The position numbers were made by a program, and so were the translations under genes. The notes under the pieces were generated by a model. It was not told the DNA's origin. It made no database searches and saw only the letters and a program-made list of their open reading frames with translations. A stretch of DNA of 64,000 nucleotides from Eledone cirrhosa (taxonomy: Eukaryota): positions 2,046,001 through 2,110,000 of the forward strand of contig OZ024744.1 of NCBI GenBank assembly GCA_964016885.1. The letters run 5' to 3'. Shown piece after piece: positions 1-12,133 of the stretch (positions within the stretch are counted from its first letter, which is position 1; each line of letters opens with the position of its first letter).

Positions 1-2836
1 CTTGTCTTCACACAAAACTTCGTTCTTCACCAAGCTATCTTTCTCTACCTTGTCTTCCCACAAAACGTCATTCTTCACCAAGCTATCTTTCTCTACCTTG
101 TCTTCCGTCAAAACTTCGTTCTTCACCAATATATCTTTCTGTACCTTGTCTTCTCCCAAAACTTCGTTCTTCACCAAGCTATCTTTCTCTACCTTGTCTT
201 CCCTCAGAACTTCGTTCTTCACCAAGCTATCTTTCTCTACATTGTCTTCCCCAAAACTTCGTTCTTCACCAATCTATCTTTCTCTACCTTGTCTTCCCTC
301 AAAACGTCGTTCTTCACCAAGCTATCTTTCTCTACCTTGTCTTCTCCCAAAACTTCGTTATTCACCAAGCTATCTTTCTCTACCTTGTCTTCCCTCAAAA
401 CTTCGTTCTTCACCAAGCTATCTTTCTCTACCTTGTCTTCCCCCAAAACTTCGTTCTTCACCAAGCTATCTTTCTCTACATTGTCTTCCCCAAAACTTCG
501 TTCTTCACCAAGCTATCTTTCTCTACCTTGTCTTCCCTCAAAACTTCGTTCTTCACCAAGCTATCTTTCTCTACCTTGTCTTCCCCCAAAACTTCGTTCT
601 TCACCAAGCTATCTTTCTCTACCTTGTCTTCCCCCAAAACTTCGTTCTTCACCAAGCTATCTTTCTCTAGCTTGTCTTCACACAAAACTTCGTTCTTCAC
701 CAAGCTATCTTTCTCTACCTTGTCTTCCCACAAAACGTCATTCTTCACCAAGCTATATTTCTCTACCTTGTCTTCCGTCAAAACTTCGTTCTTCACCAAG
801 CTATCTTTCTCCACCTTGTCTTCCCTCAAAACATCGTTCTTCACCAAGCTATCTTTCTCTACCTTGTCTTCCCCCAAAACTTCGTTCTTCACCAAGCTAT
901 CTTTCTCTACCTTGTCTTCCCCCAAAACTTCGTTCTTCGCAAGCTATCTTTCTCTACCTTGTCTTCCCCCAAAACTTCGTTCTTCACCAAGCTATCTTTC
1001 TCTACCTTGTCTTCCCACAAAACGTCGTTCTTCACCAAGCTATCTTTCTCTACCTTGTCTTCCCCCAAAACTTCGTTCTTCACCAAGCTATCTTTCTCTA
1101 TCTTGTCTTCCCCTAAAACTTCGTTCTTCACCAAGCTATCTTTCTCTACCTTGTCTTCCCACAAAACGTCATTCTTCACCAAGCTATATTTCTCTACCTT
1201 GTCTTCCGTCAAAACTTCGTTCTTCACCAAGCTATCTTTCTCCACCTTGTCTTCCCTCAAAACGTCGTTCTTCACCAAGCTATCTTTCTCTACCTTGTCT
1301 TCCCCCAAAACTTCGTTCTTCACCAAGCTATCTTTCTCTACCTTGTCTTCCCCCAAAACTTCGTTCTTCGCAAGCTATCTTTCTCTACCTTGTCTTCCCC
1401 CAAAACTTCGTTCTTCACCAAGCTATCTTTCTCTACCTTGTCTTCCCACAAAACGTCGTTCTTCACCAAGCTATCTTTCTCTACCTTGTCTTCCCTAAAA
1501 ACGTCGTTCTTCACCAAGCTATCTTTCTCTACCTTGTCTTCCCTCAAAACATCGTTCTTCACCAAGCTATCTTTCTCTACCTTGTCTTCTCCCAAAACTT
1601 CGTTATTCACCAAGCTATCTTTCTCTACCTTGTCTTCCCTCAAAACTTCGTTCTTCACCAAGCTATCTTTCTCTACCTTGTCTTCCCCCAAAACTTCGTT
1701 CTTCACCAAGCTATCTTTCTCTACCTTGTCTTCCCCCAAAACTTCGTTCTTCACCAAGCTATCTTTCTCTAGCTTGTCTTCACACAAAACTTCGTTCTTC
1801 ACCAAGCTATCTTTCTCTACCTTGTCTTCCCACAAAACGTCATTCTTCACCAAGCTATCTTTCTCTACCTTGTCTTCCGTCAAAACTTCGTTCTTCACCA
1901 ATATATCTTTCTGTACCTTGTCTTCTCCCAAAACTTCGTTCTTCACCAAGCTATCTTTCTCTACCTTGTCTTCCCTCAGAACTTCGTTCTTCACCAAGCT
2001 ATCTTTCTCTACATTGTCTTCCCCAAAACTTCGTTCTTCACCAATCTATCTTTCTCTACCTTGTCTTCCCTCAAAACGTCGTTCTTCACCAAGCTATCTT
2101 TCTCTACCTTGTCTTCTCCCAAAACTTCGTTATTCACCAAGCTATCTTTCTCTACCTTGTCTTCCCTCAAAACTTCGTTCTTCACCAAGCTATCTTTCTC
2201 TACCTTGTCTTCCCCCAAAACTTCGTTCTTCACCAAGCTATCTTTCTCTACATTGTCTTCCCCAAAACTTCGTTCTTCACCAAGCTATCTTTCTCTACCT
2301 TGTCTTCCCTCAAAACTTCGTTCTTCACCAAGCTATCTTTCTCTACCTTGTCTTCCCCCAAAACTTCGTTCTTCACCAAGCTATCTTTCTCTACCTTGTC
2401 TTCCCCCAAAACTTCGTTCTTCACCAAGCTATCTTTCTCTAGCTTGTCTTCACACAAAACTTCGTTCTTCACCAAGCTATCTTTCTCTACCTTGTCTTCC
2501 CACAAAACGTCATTCTTCACCAAGCTATATTTCTCTACCTTGTCTTCCGTCAAAACTTCGTTCTTCACCAAGCTATCTTTCTCCACCTTGTCTTCCCTCA
2601 AAACATCGTTCTTCACCAAGCTATCTTTCTCTACCTTGTCTTCCCCCAAAACTTCGTTCTTCACCAAGCTATCTTTCTCTACCTTGTCTTCCCCCAAAAC
2701 TTCGTTCTTCGCAAGCTATCTTTCTCTACCTTGTCTTCCCCCAAAACTTCGTTCTTCACCAAGCTATCTTTCTCTACCTTGTCTTCCCACAAAACGTCGT
2801 TCTTCACCAAGCTATCTTTCTCTACCTTGTCTTCCC
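1..2836. repeat. Higher-order duplication, period 1,772 bp (37 monomers, four of them 47 bp); 1..~1064 recurs at 1773..~2836
   Basis: Identical ORFs at 237..464 / 2009..2236 and 476..925 / 2248..2697 (offset 1772 = 37x48-4). The variant order matches until ~1064 / ~2836. Confidence 0.85.
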
Positions 2837-5460
2837 TAAAAACGTCGTTCTTCACCAAGCTATCTTTCTCTACCTTGTCTTCCCCCAAAACTTCGTTCTT
2901 CGCAAGCTATCTTTCTCTACCTTGTCTTCCCCCAAAACTTCGTTCTTCACCAAGCTATCTTTCTCTACCTTGTCTTCCCACAAAACGTCGTTCTTCACCA
3001 AGCTATCTTTCTCTACCTTGTCTTCCCTAAAAACGTCGTTCTTCACCAAGCTATCTTTCTCTACCTTGTCTTCCCTCAAAACATCGTTCTTCACCAAGCT
3101 ATCTTTCTCTACCTTGTCTTCTCCCAAAACTTCGTTATTCACCAAGCTATCTTTCTCTACCTTGTCTTCCCTCAAAACTTCGTTCTTCACCAAGATATCT
3201 TTCTCTACCTTGTCTCCTCCCAAAACTTCGTTCTTCACCAAGCTATCTTTCTCTACCTTGTCTTCCCTCAGAACTTCGTTCTTCACCAAGCTATCTTTCT
3301 CTACCTTGTCTTCCCCCAAAACTTCGTTCTTCACCAAGCTATCTTTCTCTACATTGTCTTCCCCAAAACTTCGTTCTTCACCAAGCTATCTTTCACGACC
3401 TTGTCTTCCCTCAAAACGTCGTTCTTCACCAAGCTATCTTTCTCTACCTTGTCTTCCGCCAAAACTTCGTTCTTCACCAAGCTATCTTTCTCTACCTTGT
3501 CTTCCCCCAAAACTTCGTTCTTCACCAAGCTATCTTTCTCTACCTTGTCTTCCCCCAAAACTTCGTTCTTCACCAAGTCATCTTTCTCTACCTTGTCATC
3601 CCCCAAAACTTCGTTCTTCACCAAGTCATCTTTCTCTACCTTGTCATCCCTCAAAACTTCGTTCTTCACCAATCTATCTTTCTCTATCTTGTCTCCTCCC
3701 AAAACTTCGTTCTTCACCAAGCTATCTTTCTCTACCTTGTCTTCCCTAAAAACGTCGTTCTTCACCAAGCTATCTTTCTCTACCTTGTCTTCCCTCAAAA
3801 CATCGTTCTTCACCAAGCTATCTTTCTCTACCTTGTCTTCTCCCAAAACTTCGTTATTCACCAAGCTATCTTTCTCTACCTTGTCTTCCCTCAAAACTTC
3901 GTTCTTCACCAAGCTATCTTTCTCTACCTTGTCTTCCCCCAAAACTTCGTTCTTCACCAAGCTATCTTTCTCTACCTTGTCTTCCCCCAAAACTTCGTTC
4001 TTCACCAAGCTATCTTTCTCTAGCTTGTCTTCACACAAAACTTCGTTCTTCACCAAGCTATCTTTCTCTACCTTGTCTTCCCACAAAACGTCATTCTTCA
4101 CCAAGCTATCTTTCTCTACCTTGTCTTCCGTCAAAACTTCGTTCTTCACCAATATATCTTTCTGTACCTTGTCTTCTCCCAAAACTTCGTTCTTCACCAA
4201 GCTATCTTTCTCTACCTTGTCTTCCCTCAGAACTTCGTTCTTCACCAAGCTATCTTTCTCTACATTGTCTTCCCCAAAACTTCGTTCTTCACCAATCTAT
4301 CTTTCTCTACCTTGTCTTCCCTCAAAACGTCGTTCTTCACCAAGCTATCTTTCTCTACCTCGTCTTCTCCCAAAACTTCGTTATTCACCAAGCTATCTTT
4401 CTCTACCTTGTCTTCCCTCAAAACTTCGTTCTTCACCAAGCTATCTTTCTCTACCTTGTCTTCCCCCAAAACTTCGTTCTTCACCAAGCTATCTTTCTCT
4501 ACATTGTCTTCCCCAAAACTTCGTTCTTCACCAAGCTATCTTTCTCTACCTTGTCTTCCCCCAAAACTTCGTTGTTCACCAAGCTATCTTTCTCTACCTT
4601 GTCTTCCCCCAAAACTTCGTTCTTCACCAAGCTATCTTTCTCTACCTTGTCTTCCCCCAAAACTTCGTTCTTCACCAAGCTATCTTTCTCTACCTTGTCT
4701 TCCCACAAAACTTCGTGCTTCACCAAGCTATCTTTCTCTACCTTGTCTTCCCACAAAACGTCGTTCATCACCAAGCTATCTTTCTCTACCTTGTCTTCCC
4801 TCAAAACTTCGTTCTTCACCAAGCTATCTTTCTCTACCTTGTCTTCCCCCAAAACTTCGTTCTTCACCAAGCTATCTTTCTCTACCTTGTCTTCCCCCAA
4901 AACTTCGTTCTTCACCAAGCTATCTTTCTCTACCTTGTCTTCCCCTAAAACTTCGTTCTTCACCAAGCTATCTTTCTCTAGCTTGTCTTCACACAAAACT
5001 TCGTTCTTCACCAAGCTATCTTTCTCTACCTTGTCTTCCCACAAAACGTCATTCTTCACCAAGCTATATTTCTCTACCTTGTCTTCCGTCAAAACTTCGT
5101 TCTTCACCAAGCTATCTTTCTCCACCTTGTCTTCCCTCAAAACGTCGTTCTTCACCAAGCTATCTTTCTCTACCTTGTCTTCCCCCAAAACTTCGTTCTT
5201 CACCAAGCTATCTTTCTCTACCTTGTCTTCCCCCAAAACTTTGTTCTTCGCAAGCTATCTTTCTCTACCTTGTCTTCCCCCAAAACTTCGTTCTTCACCA
5301 AGCTATCTTTCTCTACCTTGTCTTCCCACAAAACGTCGTTCTTCACCAAGCTATCTTTCTCTACCTTGTCTTCCCTAAAAACGTCGTTCTTCACCAAGCT
5401 ATCTTTCTCTACCTTGTCTTCCCTCAAAACATCGTTCTTCACCAAGCTATCTTTCTCTAC

Positions 5461-5940
5461 CTTGTCTTCTCCCAAAACTTCGTTATTCACCAAGCTATCT
5501 TTCTCTACCTTGTCTTCCCTCAAAACTTCGTTCTTCACCAAGCTATCTTTCTCTACCTTGTCTTCCCCCAAAACTTCGTTCTTCACCAAGCTATCTTTCT
5601 CTACCTTGTCTTCCCCCAAAACTTCGTTCTTCACCAAGCTATCTTTCTCTAGCTTGTCTTCACACAAAACTTCGTTCTTCACCAAGCTATCTTTCTCTAC
5701 CTTGTCTTCTCCCAAAACTTCGTTATTCACCAAGCTATCTTTCTCTACCTTGTCTTCCCTCAAAACTTCGTTCTTCACCAAGCTATCTTTCTCTACCTTG
5801 TCTTCCCCCAAAACTTCGTTCTTCACCAAGCTATCTTTCTCTACCTTGTCTTCCCCCAAAACTTCGTTCTTCACCAAGCTATCTTTCTCTAGCTTGTCTT
5901 CACACAAAACTTCGTTCTTCACCAAGCTATCTTTCTCTAC
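5461..5940. repeat. Exact 240-bp (5-monomer) tandem duplication nested in the 39-mer HOR (also near 12650-13130, 18590-19070, 25780-26260, 27650-28130)
   Basis: Lines 5461-5700 are repeated verbatim at 5701-5940. Confidence 0.9.
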
Positions 5941-6479
5941 CTTGTCTTCCCACAAAACGTCATTCTTCACCAAGCTATCTTTCTCTACCTTGTCTTCCGT
6001 CAAAACTTCGTTCTTCACCAATATATCTTTCTGTACCTTGTCTTCTCCCAAAACTTCGTTCTTCACCAAGCTATCTTTCTCTACCTTGTCTTCCCTCAGA
6101 ACTTCGTTCTTCACCAAGCTATCTTTCTCTACATTGTCTTCCCCAAAACTTCGTTCTTCACCAATCTATCTTTCTCTACCTTGTCTTCCCTCAAAACGTC
6201 GTTCTTCACCAAGCTATCTTTCTCTACCTTGTCTTCTCCCAAAACTTCGTTATTCACCAAGCTATCTTTCTCTACCTTGTCTTCCCTCAAAACTTCGTTC
6301 TTCACCAAGCTATCTTTCTCTACCTTGTCTTCCCCCAAAACTTCGTTCTTCACCAAGCTATCTTTCTCTACATTGTCTTCCCCAAAACTTCGTTCTTCAC
6401 CAAGCTATCTTTCTCTACCTTGTCTTCCCCCAAAACTTCGTTGTTCACCAAGCTATCTTTCTCTACCTTGTCTTCCCCT

Positions 6480-9400
6480 AAAACTTCGTTCTTCACCAAG
6501 CTATCTTTCTCTACCTTGTCTTCCCCCAAAACTTCGTTCTTCACCAAGCTATCTTTCTCTACCTTGTCTTCCCACAAAACTTCGTGCTTCACCAAGCTAT
6601 CTTTCTCTACCTTGTCTTCCCACAAAACGTCGTTCATCACCAAGCTATCTTTCTCTACCTTGTCTTCCCTCAAAACTTCGTTCTTCACCAAGCTATCTTT
6701 CTCTACCTTGTCTTCCCCCAAAACTTCGTTCTTCACCAAGCTATCTTTCTCTACCTTGTCTCCTCCCAAAACTTCGTTCTTCACCAAGCTATCTTTCTCT
6801 ACCTTGTCTTCCCTCAGAACTTCGTTCTTCACCAAGCTATCTTTCTCTACCTTGTCTTCCCCCAAAACTTCGTTCTTCACCAAGCTATCTTTCTCTACAT
6901 TGTCTTCCCCAAAACTTCGTTCTTCACCAAGCTATCTTTCACGACCTTGTCTTCCCTCAAAACGTCGTTCTTCACCAAGCTATCTTTCTCTACCTTGTCT
7001 TCCGCCAAAACTTCGTTCTTCACCAAGCTATCTTTCTCTACCTTGTCTTCCCCCAAAACTTCGTTCTTCACCAAGCTATCTTTCTCTACCTTGTCTTCCC
7101 CCAAAACTTCGTTCTTCACCAAGTCATCTTTCTCTACCTTGTCATCCCTCAAAACTTCGTTCTTCACCAATCTATCTTTCTCTATCTTGTCTCCTCCCAA
7201 AACTTCGTTCTTCACCAAGCTATCTTTCTCTACCTTGTCTTCCCTCAGAACTTCGTTCTTCACCAAGCTATCTTTCTCTACCTTGTCTTCCCCCAAAACT
7301 TCGTTCTTCACCAAGCTATCTTTCTCTACATTGTCTTCCCCAAAACTTCGTTCTTCACCAAGCTATCTTTCACGACCTTGTCTTCCCTCAAATCGTCGTT
7401 CTTCACCAAGCTATCTTTCTCTACCTTGTCTTCCCCCAAAACTTCGTTCTTCACCAAGCTATCTTTCTCTACCTTGTCTTCCCCCAAAACTTCGTTCTTC
7501 ACCAAGCTATCTTTCTCTACCTCGTCTTCCCTCAAAACTTCGTTCTTCACCAAGCTATCTTTCTCTACCTTGTCTTCCCCCAAAACTTCGTTCTTCACCA
7601 AGCTATCTTTCTCTACCTTGTCTTCCCCCAAAACTTCGTTCTTCACCAAGCTATCTTTCTCTACCTTGTCTTCCCCTAAAACTTCGTTCTTCACCAAGCT
7701 ATCTTTCTCTAGCTTGTCTTCACACAAAACTTCGTTCTTCACCAAGCTATCTTTCTCTACCTTGTCTTCCCACAAAACGTCATTCTTCACCAAGCTATAT
7801 TTCTCTACCTTGTCTTCCGTCAAAACTTCGTTCTTCACCAAGCTATCTTTCTCCACCTTGTCTTCCCTCAAAACGTCGTTCTTCACCAAGCTATCTTTCT
7901 CTACCTTGTCTTCCCCCAAAACTTCGTTCTTCACCAAGCTATCTTTCTCTACCTTGTCTTCCCCCAAAACTTCGTTCTTCGCAAGCTATCTTTCTCTACC
8001 TTGTCTTCCCCCAAAACTTCGTTCTTCACCAAGCTATCTTTCTCTACCTTGTCTTCCCACAAAACGTCGTTCTTCACCAAGCTATCTTTCTCTACCTTGT
8101 CTTCCCTAAAAACGTCGTTCTTCACCAAGCTATCTTTCTCTACCTTGTCTTCCCTCAAAACATCGTTCTTCACCAAGCTATCTTTCTCTACCTTGTCTTC
8201 TCCCAAAACTTCGTTATTCACCAAGCTATCTTTCTCTACCTTGTCTTCCCTCAAAACTTCGTTCTTCACCAAGCTATCTTTCTCTACCTTGTCTTCCCCC
8301 AAAACTTCGTTCTTCACCAAGCTATCTTTCTCTACCTTGTCTTCCCCCAAAACTTCGTTCTTCACCAAGCTATCTTTCTCTAGCTTGTCTTCACAGAAAA
8401 CTTCGTTCTTCACCAAGCTATCTTTCTCTACCTTGTCTTCCCACAAAACGTCATTCTTCACCAAGCTATCTTTCTCTACCTTGTCTTCCGTCAAAACATC
8501 GTTCTTCACCAATATATCTTTCTGTACCTTGTCTTCTCCCAAAACTTCGTTCTTCACCAAGCTATCTTTCTCTACCTTGTCTTCCCTCAGAACTTCGTTC
8601 TTCACCAAGCTATCTTTCTCTACATTGTCTTCCCCAAAACTTCGTTCTTCACCAATCTATCTTTCTCTACCTTGTCTTCCCTCAAAACGTCGTTCTTCAC
8701 CAAGCTATCTTTCTCTACCTTGTCTTCTCCCAAAACTTCGTTATTCACCAAGCTATCTTTCTCTACCTTGTCTTCCCTCAAAACTTCGTTCTTCACCAAG
8801 CTATCTTTCTCTACCTTGTCTTCCCCCAAAACTTCGTTCTTCACCAAGCTATCTTTCTCTACATTGTCTTCCCCAAAACTTCGTTCTTCACCAAGCTATC
8901 TTTCTCTACCTTGTCTTCCCCCAAAACTTCGTTGTTCACCAAGCTATCTTTCTCTACCTTGTCTTCCCCCAAAACTTCGTTCTTCACCAAGCTATCTTTC
9001 TCTACCTTGTCTTCCCCCAAAACTTCGTTCTTCACCAAGCTATCTTTCTCTACCTTGTCTTCCCACAAAACTTCGTGCTTCACCAAGCTATCTTTCTCTA
9101 CCTTGTCTTCCCACAAAACGTCGTTCATCACCAAGCTATCTTTCTCTACCTTGTCTTCCCTCAAAACTTCGTTCTTCACCAAGCTATCTTTCTCTACCTT
9201 GTCTTCCCCCAAAACTTCGTTCTTCACCAAGCTATCTTTCTCTACCTTGTCTTCCCCCAAAACTTCGTTCTTCACCAAGCTATCTTTCTCTACCTTGTCT
9301 TCCGCTAAAACTTCGTTCTTCACCAAGCTATCTTTCTCTACCTTGTCTTCCCCCAAAACTTCGTTCTTCACCAAGCTATCTTTCTCTACCTTGTCTTCCC

Positions 9401-12133
9401 ACAAAACTTCGTGCTTCACCAAGCTATCTTTCTCTACCTTGTCTTCCCACAAAACGTCGTTCATCACCAAGCTATCTTTCTCTACCTTGTCTTCCCTCAA
9501 AACTTCGTTCTTCACCAAGCTATCTTTCTCTACCTTGTCTTCCCCCAAAACTTCGTTCTTCACCAAGCTATCTTTCTCTACCTTGTCTCCTCCCAAAACT
9601 TCGTTCTTCACCAAGCTATCTTTCTCTACCTTGTCTTCCCTCAGAACTTCGTTCTTCACCAAGCTATCTTTCTCTACCTTGTCTTCCCCCAAAACTTCGT
9701 TCTTCACCAAGCTATCTTTCTCTACATTGTCTTCCCCAAAACTTCGTTCTTCACCAAGCTATCTTTCACGACCTTGTCTTCCCTCAAAACGTCGTTCTTC
9801 ACCAAGCTATCTTTCTCTACCTTGTCTTCCGCCAAAACTTCGTTCTTCACCAAGCTATCTTTCTCTACCTTGTCTTCCCCCAAAACTTCGTTCTTCACCA
9901 AGCTATCTTTCTCTACCTTGTCTTCCCCCAAAACTTCGTTCTTCACCAAGTCATCTTTCTCTACCTTGTCATCCCTCAAAACTTCGTTCTTCACCAATCT
10001 ATCTTTCTCTATCTTGTCTCCTCCCAAAACTTCGTTCTTCACCAAGCTATCTTTCTCTACCTTGTCTTCCCTCAGAACTTCGTTCTTCACCAAGCTATCT
10101 TTCTCTACCTTGTCTTCCCCCAAAACTTCGTTCTTCACCAAGCTATCTTTCTCTACATTGTCTTCCCCAAAACTTCGTTCTTCACCAAGCTATCTTTCAC
10201 GACCTTGTCTTCCCTCAAATCGTCGTTCTTCACCAAGCTATCTTTCTCTACCTTGTCTTCCCCCAAAACTTCGTTCTTCACCAAGCTATCTTTCTCTACC
10301 TTGTCTTCCCCCAAAACTTCGTTCTTCACCAAGCTATCTTTCTCTACCTCGTCTTCCCTCAAAACTTCGTTCTTCACCAAGCTATCTTTCTCTACCTTGT
10401 CTTCCCCCAAAACTTCGTTCTTCACCAAGCTATCTTTCTCTACCTTGTCTTCCCCCAAAACTTCGTTCTTCACCAAGCTATCTTTCTCTACCTTGTCTTC
10501 CCCTAAAACTTCGTTCTTCACCAAGCTATCTTTCTCTAGCTTGTCTTCACACAAAACTTCGTTCTTCACCAAGCTATCTTTCTCTACCTTGTCTTCCCAC
10601 AAAACGTCATTCTTCACCAAGCTATATTTCTCTACCTTGTCTTCCGTCAAAACTTCGTTCTTCACCAAGCTATCTTTCTCCACCTTGTCTTCCCTCAAAA
10701 CGTCGTTCTTCACCAAGCTATCTTTCTCTACCTTGTCTTCCCCCAAAACTTCGTTCTTCACCAAGCTATCTTTCTCTACCTTGTCTTCCCCCAAAACTTC
10801 GTTCTTCGCAAGCTATCTTTCTCTACCTTGTCTTCCCCCAAAACTTCGTTCTTCACCAAGCTATCTTTCTCTACCTTGTCTTCCCACAAAACGTCGTTCT
10901 TCACCAAGCTATCTTTCTCTACCTTGTCTTCCCTAAAAACGTCGTTCTTCACCAAGCTATCTTTCTCTACCTTGTCTTCCCTCAAAACATCGTTCTTCAC
11001 CAAGCTATCTTTCTCTACCTTGTCTTCTCCCAAAACTTCGTTATTCACCAAGCTATCTTTCTCTACCTTGTCTTCCCTCAAAACTTCGTTCTTCACCAAG
11101 CTATCTTTCTCTACCTTGTCTTCCCCCAAAACTTCGTTCTTCACCAAGCTATCTTTCTCTACCTTGTCTTCCCCCAAAACTTCGTTCTTCACCAAGCTAT
11201 CTTTCTCTAGCTTGTCTTCACACAAAACTTCGTTCTTCACCAAGCTATCTTTCTCTACCTTGTCTTCCCACAAAACGTCATTCTTCACCAAGCTATCTTT
11301 CTCTACCTTGTCTTCCGTCAAAACATCGTTCTTCACCAATATATCTTTCTGTACCTTGTCTTCTCCCAAAACTTCGTTCTTCACCAAGCTATCTTTCTCT
11401 ACCTTGTCTTCCCTCAGAACTTCGTTCTTCACCAAGCTATCTTTCTCTACATTGTCTTCCCCAAAACTTCGTTCTTCACCAATCTATCTTTCTCTACCTT
11501 GTCTTCCCTCAAAACGTCGTTCTTCACCAAGCTATCTTTCTCTACCTTGTCTTCTCCCAAAACTTCGTTATTCACCAAGCTATCTTTCTCTACCTTGTCT
11601 TCCCTCAAAACTTCGTTCTTCACCAAGCTATCTTTCTCTACCTTGTCTTCCCCCAAAACTTCGTTCTTCACCAAGCTATCTTTCTCTACATTGTCTTCCC
11701 CAAAACTTCGTTCTTCACCAAGCTATCTTTCTCTACCTTGTCTTCCCCCAAAACTTCGTTGTTCACCAAGCTATCTTTCTCTACCTTGTCTTCCCCCAAA
11801 ACTTCGTTCTTCACCAAGCTATCTTTCTCTACCTTGTCTTCCCCCAAAACTTCGTTCTTCACCAAGCTATCTTTCTCTACCTTGTCTTCCCACAAAACTT
11901 CGTGCTTCACCAAGCTATCTTTCTCTACCTTGTCTTCCCACAAAACGTCGTTCATCACCAAGCTATCTTTCTCTACCTTGTCTTCCCTCAAAACTTCGTT
12001 CTTCACCAAGCTATCTTTCTCTACCTTGTCTTCCCCCAAAACTTCGTTCTTCACCAAGCTATCTTTCTCTACCTTGTCTTCCCCCAAAACTTCGTTCTTC
12101 ACCAAGCTATCTTTCTCTACCTTGTCTTCCCCT
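6480..12133. repeat. Tandem duplication, period 2,827 bp (59 monomers); repeated again at ~19609-25262 inside the second 13-kb copy
   Basis: ORF pairs 6895/9722, 7326/10153, 7949/10776 and 8620/11447 all have offset 2827 = 59x48-5. The rare variant aaatcgtcg occurs at ~7390 and ~10217. Confidence 0.9.

Noticed and set aside
18-34. CENP-B box-like motif (CTTCGTT...) in each monomer
   Set aside because: CTTCGTTCTTCACCAAG matches only the 5' part of the box (nTTCGnnnnAnnCGGGn). The essential A and GGG are missing (5 of 9 core positions match).
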